This document shows, one piece after another, positions 13,545 through 27,764 of a stretch of DNA of 64,000 nt. How positions within the stretch are numbered: the first letter of the stretch is position 1; each line of letters opens with the position of its first letter. Under the pieces are notes generated by a model that worked only from the letters and a program-made list of their open reading frames with translations, was not told where the DNA came from and did not search any database. The position numbers and the translations under genes were made by a program. Origin of the DNA: Octopus vulgaris (Eukaryota); the NCBI GenBank assembly GCA_951406725.2, contig OX597831.1:80786001-80850000 (forward strand). Reading direction: 5' to 3'.

Positions 13545-15630
13545 TCCTTTCTACTGGAAGCACAAGGCTTCAAATTTGGGGGAAGGGATTAAGTCGATTA
13601 CATTGACCCCAGTGTGTAACTGGTACTTAATCGACCACGTAAGGATGAAAAGCAAAGTCGACCTCAGCGGAATTTGAACTCAGAATGTAACGGTAGATGA
13701 AATACTGCTAAGCATTTCGCCCAGTGTTCTAACAATTCTGCCAGCTTGCTGCCTTAATAATAATAATAATAATAATAATAATCTTTACTCTAGACACAAG
13801 ACCTAAATTGGTGGGGGGTGGGGGCGTTGATTAGATCGACCCCAATACGCAGTTGGTACTTAATTCATCGACTCTAAAAGGATAAAAGGCAAAGTCGACC
13901 CCTTTGGGATTTGAACCCAGAATATAGCAGTCAACAAAATACTGATAAGCATTTCGCCCAGCGTGCTAATGATTCTGCCAGCTAAATTCCTTAAATAATA
14001 ATAATAATGATAATTGCTCCTAGTTTAGGCACAGGGATAGCAATTATGATCTTTTATCAAGTCCTGTTTGATGAAGGGCAAAGTTAAACTCAGAATGTAG
14101 AGATGGAGGAAATGCCACAAAGCCTTTTGTCCGACATGCTTGCTTTCCCCTCCAATGATAATAATGGTTTCAAATTTTGGCACAAGGCCATCAAGTTGGC
14201 AGTTTGAGCCAATTACATTGACCCCAGCGTGATCAATTTGTACTTATTTTATCGACCTCAAAAGGATGGAAAGCAAAGTCGACCTCAGCGGAATTTGAAC
14301 TCAGAATGTCAAGACAGACGAAATGCTACTCAGCATTTTGCCTGGTATGCTAATGATTCTAACAGCTCACCTCCTTAACGACAACAACAACAATAATAAT
14401 AATAATAATAATCCTTTCCAATTTTTGCATAAAGCTTGCAATTTCGGGGAGAGTGGGGGAAAGTTGGTTACATTGACTCCAGTACTTGACTCATAATTGA
14501 TGTCTATCAACTCTGACTTATTATTAATCCTTTCTAGAATAGGCACAAGGCCTGAAATTTTGGGGGAAGAGCTGGTCCAGTAACATCACTCCAAGTGCAT
14601 GACTGGTACCTATATCATTCACCCCAAAAGAAGAAAAGGCTATATTGACTTTGGTGGTATTTGAACTTAGAATATAGAGACTCACAAGATGCCACTAGGC
14701 CAGCTTGTGGCCATAATAATAATAATTCTTTCTACTGAAGGCACAAGGCATTGCAATTTTGGGGGAGGGGACTAGTCAATTACATCGACCCCAGTGTTTC
14801 ACTGGTGCTTAATTTATCGACCCCACAAAAGGATGAAAGGCAAAATCGACCTCAGCAGAGTTTGAACTCAGAACGTAGACATGGACGAAATACCGCTAAA
14901 CATTTTTCCTTGCAAGCTAACGATTCTAGCAGCTTGCCTATGTAATTAATGATGATGATAATACTTTCTCCTATAGCATAAGGCCTGAAATTTGTGGGGA
15001 GTGGACTGGTCGATTAAATTGCCCCCATTGCATAACTGGTATTTAATTTATTGACCCTGAGTGGATGAAAGGCAAAGTCAACCTCGGCGGAATTTGAATT
15101 CAGAACGTAGACACAGACGAAATACTGCTATCCTTATGAGAGCTCAACATCTCTCGTGGAAGCGTCATCCAACCAAAGTACAAATATATGGGAAACTACC
15201 ACCTGTGTCATCTCTTGTGAAAGGTAGGAGAGTCCAGTTTGCTGGACATTGTTGTAGAGCTGGAAACGGGGTAATTTCTACTCTCCTCCTCTGGAAGCCA
15301 TCTGCTCGCGATACCAGAGGGCGCACACTCTCCTACCCTGATGTAATCTCCAGGGATACAGGCACCCAGCAACAGGACCTCCGTGATGCCATGATGGACC
15401 GTGAAGTCTGGCGTAACATAGTAAACTCCATTGTCTCGACCACGGTCGAACAATGATGATGATGATGCATTTTGCCTGACCAGCTAATAATTCTGCCAGC
15501 TCATTGCCATAATTAATGATGATGATGATAATAATGGCTTTGAATTTTCACTCAAGTCCATCAGTTTTAGCGAGAGATGTGGGGGTGGGGAGCATTGGGG
15601 GTTGGTTGATCATATCAAGTTGAAGTATTT
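13545..15630 (-). repeat. head-to-tail array of about 9 Meta-domain-like tRNA SINE copies separated by (AAT)n; further copies at 806-1020, 8397-9027, 11822-12290, 18370-18560, 20723-20950, 23836-24630, 33201-33720, 50836-51010, 61920-62318, 62803-62945
   Basis: Recurring GAGTTCAAATTCC (B box) + GTCGACTTTGCCTTTCATCCTTTCGGGGTCGATAAATTAAGTACCAG core on the minus strand. Confidence 0.85.
15131..15467 (+). mobile_element. RTE/RTEX-type LINE 3' end with (GAT)n tail, inserted in a SINE
   Basis: HPTKVQIYGKLPPVSSLVKGRRVQFAGHCCR...MDREVWRNIVNSIVSTTVEQ*. The host SINE resumes at about 15468. Confidence 0.8.
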
Positions 15631-15788
15631 TGAATTCATTGTAGTAGTAGTAGTTGTAGTAATAATATTAATAATAACAATAATAATAATAATAATGATG
15701 ATGATTATCATGAATTTATCTTGTGTTTTTTTTGTATTTTGTTTTATTTATTTATTATCATTTTTGTTTGTTTTGGTCTCTTCTACAG

Positions 15789-15867
15789 GTACGGAATCCA
15801 GTACCACAACACGTCATCACTGCTTATAGATGTAGCTTTGGAAAAAGAAAGTTCTTTCACATCATAG
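15789..15867 (+). CDS. NAGS: NAGS last coding exon ending in TAG
   Basis: ttttggtctcttctacAG acceptor (15787-15788). Completes the W codon: (W)YGIQYHNTSSLLIDVALEKESSFTS*, aligning with human [24 protein letters not shown]. The preceding intron is about 11.7 kb. Confidence 0.88.
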
Positions 15868-15928
15868 GAGCAAGATAACGGAAACAACAACAACACCAAC
15901 AAAAACAACAAAGGCAAAAAGGAAAACC

Positions 15929-15934
15929 AATAAA
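15929..15934 (+). terminator. candidate NAGS polyadenylation signal (alternative at 16290-16295)
   Basis: First AATAAA after the stop codon. The sequence is AT-rich, so specificity is low. Confidence 0.25.
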
Positions 15935-15949
15935 GAAAAAGAAAAAGAA

Positions 15950-15982
<33 letters not shown>

Positions 15983-16239
15983 CACACACACATGCATGCA
16001 TACACCTGCAAAAGAAAAAAAAAACCCAAAAACATAAAGAAAAGGAAGAAACAAAGAATGCTTGATACAAAGAAATACTGCATTCTGGGAAATATCTTGG
16101 AGTTTTTGTTGTCTTTTTTGTTTATTGTTTTTTCCTTCCTTCTTCCCCTTCCATGATGCTCCCACTGTCTGCATTATATAAGCAAAAATATGTTGAGACA
16201 TATCACATGCATACATGAGTATGTGTGTATGGGTGTGTA

Positions 16240-16270
<31 letters not shown>

Positions 16271-16840
16271 AATGAGGAGAAAAAATTTAAATAAACAACC
16301 ATAACAAGGAAACTGAATTATGGGAAATAATCTGTGTAGTTTACATATGTATATATTAAATATTTATGTATATACATACGCATATATATATATATATGTA
16401 ATATATATGTATATACATATCCATATAAATATGTTGACATCATCTATCTATATATATGTATCTGCATATATATATGCATATATATATATATGTGTGTGTG
16501 TATATATATATATGTGTGTGTAGGTAAATATTTAAAACATGAGAAAAGGTGAGCAAAAAAACAAACAAATATTACAAAAGTGAATTGAATTATGGGAAAA
16601 TAATATTTCGTATTCCGGAATCTTTTTCTTCTTTATTTTTTCTTTTTTTTTTTTTTTCCATGGTTCTCTCCTCTACAAGTCACACAAAGCATGCCGCATA
16701 CACAAGTGCACACACACACACACGATGTCATGTGCACACACACACACACACATCCTGGTTCTTTACTAGGAATGAAAATGTTTTTTTTGTTTGTTTTTTT
16801 TTCAAAAATGAAACAGAATGACCAACAACAACAACAACAG

Positions 16841-16874
<34 letters not shown>

Positions 16875-17216
16875 CAATTGGTAATAATGCTGTGTGAAGG
16901 AAAGACAATGAATTATGGGATATAATGTGTTTTGGAATGTCGTTTTTGTGGTGAACCTCTACACACACACACACAAAAGTTAAAATGAGTAAATCTATGC
17001 GTATCAAGGGTTAATGATGGAAAGAGAGGAGAGAGTAAAGAAACGAGTTATTGATACTCTTTTGTGTTAAACACTCTGTTTGATGTGCGTGTATATATAT
17101 ATATATATATATATATATCATCATTATCATCGTTTAACGTCCGCTTTCCATGCTAGCATGGGTTGGATATATATATATATATATATATACACACTCACAG
17201 ATATCAAAAGATGCAG

Positions 17217-17273
<57 letters not shown>

Positions 17274-18715
17274 CATATATATACACACACATGTATATAT
17301 ACATGTGTGTGTACATACACACACACACACATACAGATATGTACAACACATATGTACACATACATACACACACAGGCACATATATATACACAAGCACTCA
17401 CACATGCATATATATACTCACAGACACACACACACACGGATATATTACAACTATGCATGGAAGAATCCTGACCTGGTACAATTAAGAGAGGTTTTTGTTG
17501 TTGGATTTGTGAGCTGGGAGAGCATTCGGATCCTTACACCATGTCCAACATTGGATCAACAAAGCAAACCTTCTCAAAGGAGATGATGGCATCTGAACAT
17601 TTGCTTTGCTCACACATTGGTGGTCACCATGTCATGTGAATATGCATATACCCATATATATGTATGTATGTATGTGTGTGTGTATATATGTATATATATA
17701 TATATAATATATATAATATATATATAAGAAAGAGTGACAGAAAATTGTAGTGAAAGAGTACAGCAGGGATTGCCACCAGCCCCTGCCGGAGCCTCATGGA
17801 GCTATAGGTGTTTTTGCTCAATAAACACTCACAACGCCCGGCCTGGGAATCGAAACCGCAATCCTACGGCCGCAAGTCCGCTGCCCTAACCACTGGGCCA
17901 TTGCGCCTCCACTATATATATATATATATATATATACATACATATACACACACACAACACACACACACATCTAGGCACATATATAGACACATATGCATTC
18001 ACACATACATGTATACACACACACACGTGTTTCGTATTTTCGGACTGTTATAACACTCACTGTTACGTACGATTGGTTTTACATAAAACCATGTGTACAA
18101 CAGATACCAGCTTTCCCAATATCTGGGGAAGAGCAACAACAGCTGAGAAAACAACCCTAGGACCATTACGGACTTTTATTGGTAGTGACTAACACTTGTC
18201 TCCCCCTGAATCACAGCACAGCGGGGGGGGGGCACTGAGGTTGCTCGACATAGCGGTTGACAGATTCCAGTTTTTTTTTTTTATTTTTGTTCAACTCCGG
18301 TGTATAAAATATAAAAAATATACCATTAGCTTCTTCCTCGCGACAACACCAACAACATCAACAATGATAATCCTTTCTCTTGTAGACACAGTGTCTGAAA
18401 TTTGAGGGGAGGGGCACTGGTTGATTACATTGACCTCCCACCCCTACCCCCGCCATGGTTCAACTAACACTTATTTCAGTGATGAAGGGTAAAATTGACC
18501 TTGGTGGAATTCGAACTCACAACATAAACACAGATGAAACGCTGCCCAGCCGTGTCGTCTGACCATTCTGACCACCTTACAACAACTGACTGACTGACCC
18601 TTCCCCTCAAAATTGCTGGCCTTGTGCATAAATTAGAAACAATTATTATAAATAGTTTTGTTATATAATACCTATATGTATGTATATATATATAATACCT
18701 ATATGTATTGTTTTG

Positions 18716-18746
<31 letters not shown>

Positions 18747-18749
18747 ACA

Positions 18750-18911
18750 CTGTATTTTAATGTGTGAGGAAACCCCTAATTTTGGGGGATTAAAATTTGG
18801 AAAAAAAGATTTTGTAAGAGATTATAATGCTATCCACGTATAATAAACTCCCATATTTTTTTTAACCTAATTTTCGACAAAAAAGGGTTCCTTACACACG
18901 TTGAAATGTGG
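18750..18911. mobile_element. small Tc1/pogo-type MITE
   Basis: Ends CTGTATTTTAATGTGTGAGGAAACCC and rc CCACATTTCAACGTGTGTAAGGAACCC (CpG-decayed CCGTATTT-type TIR), TA-rich flanks. Confidence 0.5.
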
Positions 18912-19573
18912 TATATGTCTTACTATGCCTCCACAGCCTTTTGTGGGCCCCAAATTTAGCTGTACTATTTTTACCTTTGTAAATTTGACATGAGAGAGAA
19001 CTATGTGGTTCCTTCTACCCTTGGTGCCTGCAACAGGGGCTAATTTGTTTATTGGTAAATCCGGTGTTCAACATACATGTACATGTGTGTGTATAAAGAG
19101 AGACACACTCTCTATATATGTACTTATATATACAGATGTGTATGTATTTATACACATACACTAATATACATGTTTGTGTGTGCGTGTGAAAGAGAGAGAG
19201 AGAGAGAGAGTGATGAACTCAAGAAGAGCAGCAGTGGTTTTCAGGAAAATAAAAGTTTCAGTACTCTCTATTCTTTAGTCAATAATGTGTGTGTGTGTGT
19301 GTGTGGGGGTGAGAGAGGGAATGAGTTTCTTGAAAAAAAAAAACCTTGTTTACTTGTTTACTGCAGTAAATGTACATATGCTATGTATATAGATATGTGT
19401 GTGTATATATATATATATATAAGAAACTATGAATTCAAAACTCTGAGTTTAATGTATCTCTTGAGGAAATAGTTTTATTTTATAGATTTAACATTTTAGC
19501 AAACAAACTTTACTTTCATATGTATTATGAATGTATATGATTTTATATATAAATCATCATCATCATCATCATC

Positions 19574-19627
<54 letters not shown>

Positions 19628-19815
19628 ATGTATGTATGTATATGTATGTATATATATGTATGTATATGTATGTATATATATATCTATATGTATGTATGTA
19701 TATATATATGTATATGTATGTATATATGTATATGTATGTATATATGTATATGTATGTATGTATGTATATATAACTGCATATAAACACAATTTATACATAT
19801 ATTCATAAAATAAAA

Positions 19816-19851
<36 letters not shown>

Positions 19852-20433
19852 GCATATAAGCACAATTTATATGAAGATTCATAAAAATAAAAACATACGC
19901 ATATTATATAAATATATATATATACACACACACACACTATGAATGTATGCATGTTTATATATGTGAATTCATGTGTTTGTAGGTGAATGAATGTGTGTAT
20001 ATAAATATTTGAAAAAAAATATAACCATTCATGATTGTCTCCGCATGCCCCATGCCTCCACCAATTTGGTGGTGTGGTGGGGACTAGCAAACCTGTCTCA
20101 AATATCATCAACACTCACAAACCACCATCATCATCATCATCATCATTGCTGTTGTCATATTTTTCCCCTTTTTGTCATCTTGTAAACAGCCTCATACACA
20201 AGGGATAGAACAACAGCCGAGCTGTTGCCTGCTTTTCAGTATTATGCATTCATATCTATACAAACATGCACAGCTGACATTATATAAGCAAACATATATC
20301 TATCTATCTATATATATATATATATACACGCACACACATATATGTATACATACATATGTGTGTGTGTAAGCATACATATATATATATATACACAGAGGCA
20401 TAGATATTTATATGCACTCACACACACATACTT

Positions 20434-20475
<42 letters not shown>

Positions 20476-20593
20476 CATACATACACACACACACACACAT
20501 GCACATGTATGTATACATACATGTGTGTGTGTAAACATATATACACACACACACAGGCATAGATACATATATGCACTCACACACACACACTCT

Positions 20594-20651
<58 letters not shown>

Positions 20652-22604
20652 TGTAAGATACAAATACGATGATAATTTATTTTCAAGCGCAAAGACCCTT
20701 ACAATATTTCTGTTATTCTAAAATGGTGAGGAGCAAAGCAGAACCGTTAGCAATGCCGAGTGGAATGCTTAACCGTATTTCTTCTGATTCTTTACGTTCT
20801 GAATTAAATTTCTGCCAAGGTCGACTTTGCCTTTCACCCTTTCAGGGTTGATAGATTAAGTAACAGTTGCGTGTTGTGTACTGAAGTCAATCTAATTGAC
20901 TGGCCCCCTCTCCAAAATTTTGGGCCTTGTGCCTAGAGTAGAAATGAATATTTCTGCTGTTCTGATCACATCCCTGCATTCAAAAATAAATTATCATCTT
21001 GTTTGTATTAGAAAATAAATTTTTTCAGGGCAAATGTTAATTTGTTCATATTTATATACACATAGTTATATGTATATATAAACACAAATAACATAAGTAT
21101 ACATCTGTTTATATACACAAATACATTTCTCCATATATATATATGTATATGGAGAAATGTATCTGGTGCAGGACATCACGAACAGTGCAAATAACATGAA
21201 ATACATAAACAATGAGAAAAAAATGAAAAACAGGACAAGTAAGCACACACACACCCACACACCCCTACATACTACATACATGTATATAAATATATATACA
21301 TGCACTCCCATATAAACATAAGTGTACATCTATGCACTCACACACACACAATTTGCCCCGTGATCTATAATTTGTAGGGAGCAAGTCCCCTAAACTGGAG
21401 AATTAATTTGTGAAGTTATATTGAATATTAGAATTGACTGTAGATCTTCATTCATTACTAAGATGTTAATTAAGAGTCTCAGGTATTTATAGAAAGTTCT
21501 GTCTTTGAGAAATTTGGTGTAGTTTGGTAATACAACCTATTAGATTCTAAATAGCCATGTTCTCTTGTAGAATGGTAACTTTTGTTTTAGAACTTGATGC
21601 ATGTTGTTCCAACTCATGCCAGCATTGAAATTAGACATCAAATGTTATAGAATAGAAGAATAACCTACAAAAGAATGAGTTCCATTATTTGAGTGAATGG
21701 CATGTTCTGGTTACAGAAAAATCAGTGTTTGTAATACACCTTGAGAATTGGTCATAGAATGTAGGGCACTGTTAATAAAAATGATTCTGATGTACAATTT
21801 TTTGGTTCTTCCTCCTGGTTGTCTTTGAGGATAAATGATAGGCAAGTACTATGGAACAAGTTGTCAGCCGTAGAAGTTAGGATTATAGGTTATAAAAGAG
21901 AAGATTTGATTGCAAAGAGAGGGGGGTTGTGTTCTTTGAGATTTAACTTTTGTCTGGGCTACTTTCTAGAAAATAATATGGGAGAGTTTTAGAACAGAAC
22001 AACAACAACAACACAAAAAAGAGAAGAAATGTGATGCTGCCTCTCACACAAGGTAAAACACCCGGTGTTACAGGTTGCAGACTTTTGGTCTCTCTATAAA
22101 TCTCTATCTGGCTGCACACACACATACATACTTTTATACACACACTAATGAAAGTCAAAAAACCAGTACCAAAGGTTTCATCTTGACTTTATTGTCAAAA
22201 AGTTTTCAACTAGAAATTTTCCAACAGGAAACCGATGGTCCCAGCTTTTTGATTTAAAATCCATCAAAGAATCTACTGTCCGGTGTCAAGCACTTCTTTC
22301 AGTCTATTATTAACATACCATAAGGATTTGTGTGTCTCTTTGTCTTTCTCTGCTGCCAATCTGTCTCAGCTGTTTCTTTACATATTTATCTAAAATATTG
22401 TTTATTGGTTTATCGTCTGTATCTGTCTCCCTGTTTTTATCTATCTAGTTATCTGTTTGTCTACCTGGTTCATCTATCTAGTTGCATAGCTCACTTCCTG
22501 TCTGTCTATATATATATACATATGCACACATACAGACGTATTCATATTGGAACAGAATCTCAAAAGCTACACAACACACACACACACACACACACACATA
22601 ATCT

Positions 22605-22901
22605 ATGTTCAGTTAACTGAAGGAAAGAAAATGCAGAGTTAAAAGTTTACCAATTTTTTCATAATAAATAATTATTATCTTTATTTTTTACAGCTATTTC
22701 CACTAGTGACCAATAAGTAAATCTTTTTTCTCTGACGAAATTATACTCATAACATATAAATGCAAATTTAAAGTATAAATTTGTAATTTACCTATTGAGC
22801 ACTAATGGAAACAGCTGGAAGAAATAAAGATTACCAATTTTTTAATAATAAATATTCATCAACTTTTGACTCTCCATTTTGTCCATCAATCAATTGAACG
22901 T
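22605..22901. mobile_element. foldback MITE-like element with ~110-bp imperfect inverted arms
   Basis: Left GTTCAGTTAACTGA..AAAATGCAGAGTTAAAAGTT..ACAGCTATTTCCACTAGTGACCAATAAGTAAAT mirrors the reverse complement of the right arm. Confidence 0.65.
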
Positions 22902-23048
22902 GAATTATATGCTTAATATATACCTATTTATTTAAGGAAATTTCATTTCCCAAAATACTGGGTATAGAACAAGTGTTTCCTTGGATGTAACCATCCCTTT
23001 ATGAGGTTAAGGTACCCTCTAAGCAACTTATATATATACATATATGTA

Positions 23049-23080
<32 letters not shown>

Positions 23081-26000
23081 GATAGATGCACACGTAAACA
23101 CAACAGACGTAATGCCACGCAGACATCTTATACTTAACTTTTTAACTTTTATTTGTGTGCGTATATGTATGTATATGTAAAACCTTTAATAATAATAATT
23201 AATTAATGATATTTCATCTTGAGAGAAAAAAAATGTAAATTATTCTGAAAGTATCATATTTTTTTATAAACTGAAATTAAAATTTTACAGTTTTCTTGGA
23301 AACTTTTTTATTTAATTTGTTACATTTTTATTTATTTTGGTTTCTTTTGTAGTTGCTTTTGATGTTTTTTTTCCCCATTTTTTTTTTTTTGCTAAATATT
23401 TTAAGTTTGTCTTTGGTTGATTGCCTGGTTATTACACCTGTCACTCATTACCTGTTCTTGTAGGAATAGTTTAATACAGATTTTTTTTGTTAGTGCCAGT
23501 TATACTTGAAATATGGATTAGAAGCATTAAGCAATAAAGAGGAGATAACTACTCCAAAATGCATGCAGTCATCAATCTGGGTAGGGGGCGCTCCAGACTG
23601 ACTTGGTGTGTGTACACCTGTTTGTCTACAGAAAGACTAATGGCCTTTCATGGGTTCAGGTATGTCTTAAGCATATTTGAACTGGTAACAAGTTTGCATA
23701 TGTGCTTGATACAAATAAATAAGATCCTGTATTTGGCAATGTAAGAATAATAATAATAATAATAATCCTTTCTACTATAGGTACAAGGTCTGAAATCTTG
23801 CAGGGGGGGGCTATTTGATTACATCAACCCCAAAGGCAGCCAGCTGACAGAAACGTTAGCACGTCGGGCAAAATGCGTAACCGTATTTCGTCTGCTGTTG
23901 CGTTCTGAGTTCAAATTCTGCCGAGGTCAACTTTGCCTTTCATCCTTTCGGGGTCGATAAATTAAGTAACAGTTACGCACTGGGGTTGATGTAATCGACT
24001 TAATCCATTTGTCTGTCCTTCTTTGTCCCCTCTGTTTAGCCCCTTGTGGGTAGTAAAGAAATAGATTACATCAACCCCAGTGTGTATCTGGTATTTCATT
24101 GAACTCAAAAAAGATGAACAGCAAAGTTGACATTGGTGGTATTCGAACTCAGGACAAAGAGGGATAAAATGTCATTTAGCATTTTGTTTGACGTGCCAAT
24201 GATTGTGCCAGCTTGCCACTTTAACAACAACAACAATAATAATAACTGTTTCAAATTTTGGCACAAAGCCAGCAATTTTAGGGACAAGGCTAATTACATT
24301 GGGCCCAGTGTTTGACAGGTTCTTATATTATTGATCCTGAAAGGCTGAACAGCAAAATTGATTGTGGCGAAATTTGAACTCAGAATGTGAAACGAGAAGA
24401 AATGCTTCTTAACATTTCATCTGTCTTGTAATTCTGCCTGAAATGTTTGAGGGGAGGGGTACTTGTCAATTACATCGACCCCAGGTTGTAACTGGTACTT
24501 ATTTCATTGACCCTGAAAAGATGAGCAGCAAAGTCAACCTTGGTAGCATTTGAACTCAGAATGTAAAGACAGACAAAATATCCGTAAGCGTTTTGTCCAG
24601 TGTTCTAACGATTCTGCCAACTTGCCGCTTTAAAATAACAACAACAACACAAAGAAATTAAAGATAAGGTTAGCAAAGGATATTATGAAAAAGTCAGGCT
24701 AATTCTGTTTCTACTTTAGGTAGGAGGCTAGGAATTTTGGGGGAGCAGTTTAGACAATTGCATGGACCCTCAGTACTTAGCTAGTGCTGTTTTATTGGCC
24801 CTTTCACCTGAGAGATTAAAGGCTGGGAGTTCAACTCACAATGTAAAGAGCTGAAATGTTTTAAGGGATTTTGTCCAACTCACCTACAATTCTGCCAATC
24901 CGCCTCTTTTGAGTTAGGCTAATATTATATACAACGGAATCCTAAGAATAAGAAAATAGGCATTACTATACCATCCATACCAGATACAAACCACGGATCC
25001 AACACAGTAAATTGGAATTGAAGAGTTTAGACAGAAAAAAAAACATCCCTGGAAATACTTAAAGCTTTCCAAAGCTGATGTAGATATAATATATACACCT
25101 GTTCTTGCTGAACGAAGTTAGGGGTCTGATGCGAACAAAAAGGTACTTTAATATAACAACAGCAGAACTATAAAAATACAAAGAGCCAGAAAAAGGGAAA
25201 TTGATTAGTGTAATGAAAATAATAATAATAATATATGTAAGGAAATGATTGAGTACAGGTTAGAAAGCAACTATGCTAAAGAAAAATATGTCAATAAGAA
25301 CGAAATAGCAAAGATTTGAAAAAAAAAAATGAATGAAAAATATGAAAACAAAACTTCAAAATATGCTGAAGGTAAAATGAAGAGAGAAACCATTGCATGG
25401 TCAATATCTCAGAAGATTAAATCGAGAGGACTTGAATCAGAATGAAAACCAACTATGAACTGAAGATTCTGGGCTAAAAGAAGCAAAAGATTTGATTTTA
25501 GCTCCACAAGACCAATGCAGAACCTTAAAAGGTAAAAAAACAAAATGGAAAAAAGCGATTAAATTGAATACAGATTGTGACATGGTTGACCCCCAATGTC
25601 TGAGTTTATTTGCCGACACAATCCAATTGGGAGCTAAGTTCACAAAACCAACATTTTGACAGGAATCTCCCCCTTCGTTTTTATTGTCTTCACAAGATTT
25701 TGAGTTAACATTGGTTCGATTTCATATCCAACCAATGACTCTCCTCAGAGACCAGGATGGGTCCTGTTACTTGTATGATTTGGGAGTCTCAGCTCAGACT
25801 GTTTGGTCATATTGCTCAATTTTGTGGGAGAGGTGATTGCCCATGTTGACTGGCTGCAGGCCATATATGGTCATGGCAGATGAGGAAATATTTTGTAAAG
25901 ATAGGGGATTTATTGGGACAGTGCTTGGAGGGTTGCCCAGGACAACCCACGCAAATATCAACAAATGTTGGATGCACTACAATACTGCATTCCCTCATAC

Positions 26001-26926
26001 CTGATCTGACCCGTTTGCTATCTCTACTGACATAGGTTGGATACTTTGACAGGATGCTGGAGGACTGTGCTGTACTCCAGTGTTGCTTTGGCAACGGTTT
26101 TTATTGCCAACTGCCCTTCTTTAATGCCAGCTCCTTTACTTAGTGTACTTGGTGCTTTTTACATGGGTGCTGCATTAATGATTTAATACATGAGGTTGCC
26201 ATGTAGATTGCATGACTAAGACCCTGTTCAAATGAGTGAGAATATAATAGAGAGGGAGGCAGCTTTAGTTTAAGGGATAAAAGGTTAAAGAAGTACGAAG
26301 GAAAGGGCCAGAACAGGTTTCTTGCCGTGGTGGAGATACATAGGTACATGCATTATAAAAAAAAAGATGGGTGGGAGTAATCAAGAAGGTGCTTGAAAGG
26401 GAGATAAAAATGGTGGTTATGTGGTGTTAGGATTAGCCCAAGGGAGAGCAAGCAAGTAGGGGTTGCAAGGGTGAAGAATGTTTAGGGATGTGAATTGATG
26501 GAAGTTGTGTACAGATTATGGTGCATAATAATGACTTTGCCAGATGTCAAGGCTAACTGTCCAGATATAGTAATGAAGGACTGGCACCAAATTATCTGTT
26601 CATTAATATATGTGGAGACAACTGTCAGCGCAGAACAACTGGAAATTAAAATACGTAGGATGTAGGGCATGAAATTAAATAAAAATACATCACCAGTAGT
26701 AATTAGAGCATCAGTATGATTGCAAAACTATCAACAAGAACATAACAACCACACCAGGGCTTATAACATTACAGACAATCCAATTGAACTGCTCTGATAA
26801 GCACAGGTTACATTCTTTGAAAGATGCTTTAGTAGACTGTAGAAATCGCTATTCAGTAAAATAAGACATTTTGTCAATTCATTGTCTACAAAATCACCAC
26901 CAAACTGTGTAACACCAAATATTCAA

Positions 26927-27487
26927 GGAAACACTTCCGCCAGCCCCCTCACCCCCATTTTCTCCCAAATTTGTTTATTTAAAAAAATTTCTTTTTTTTG
27001 TCAGAAATCCCCATTTTTAGATACTTAGGTTCCGGAAAATTGCTAAAAATCGACTTTGTTAAATTCCACCCCCACCAAATTCTTCAATTTTGACTTTTTT
27101 CCCCAACACTAACCCTAACCCTAAAACCCTAACCATAAAACCGTAACTACAGAAATGTTTAGAAATTTTTGTCTGAATCATAATGTCTGTATTTTTCTGC
27201 ATATTTAGAAAAAAAAAATTCTTAAAAAAACAATTTTACAAAGATTTTTGGAAATTTTTTTCAGAATCATAATCTCTGTATTTTTTGGCATATTTTGAGA
27301 GAAAAAAATTTCTGAAAAAAGTAAAAAATTAAGGAAATGGTGGGGTAACTTAAAAATGCCAATTTTTGCCAATTTTTTTGCAGATTCGTATTCCCCATAG
27401 CCAAAAAGGATGGTGGGGTTGTTTCGTAAAAGAAAAAAAATTTGAAAAAAGGGTGGTTTTGTGGAGGGAGACGGGCGAAGTCTTTCC
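26927..27487. mobile_element. non-autonomous DNA transposon (MITE), Merlin-like, with internal (CCCTAA)-like repeats
   Basis: GG...CC ends, long imperfect TIRs (GGAAACACTTCCGCC / GGAAAGACTTCGCCC), perfect 8-bp TSD ATATTCAA (26919-26926, 27488-27495). Confidence 0.8.
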
Positions 27488-27764
27488 ATATTCAACATAA
27501 TCAACATCCCCTCAAATAATATACACTCACCCATGACTAATACCTGATATTATTGCCCCAAATATTCACTTGCCTTGCAGTAAACTATGGACTAGCTCCA
27601 TTATATAATCTTTCTGATTTAAAATGATCAAGATTATTAAAACCTTCCAATCAAAATTTTCATGTTCATTTCTGTTCCAAACACTAGTTTAATAATGACA
27701 ATGTTATTACATGAAATTTTTCAATATTTTCAAAATTAATTGAAACAAAAAGAATATTCTTATA

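Noticed and set aside
13545-15630. CRISPR-like repeat-spacer array
   Set aside because: Units are ~200-bp diverged SINEs with B boxes separated by (AAT)n; no constant short repeats, no cas genes, eukaryotic context.
27109-27150. Interstitial telomere or chromosome-fusion scar
   Set aside because: Only a few degenerate units, enclosed in a TIR element with a TSD.
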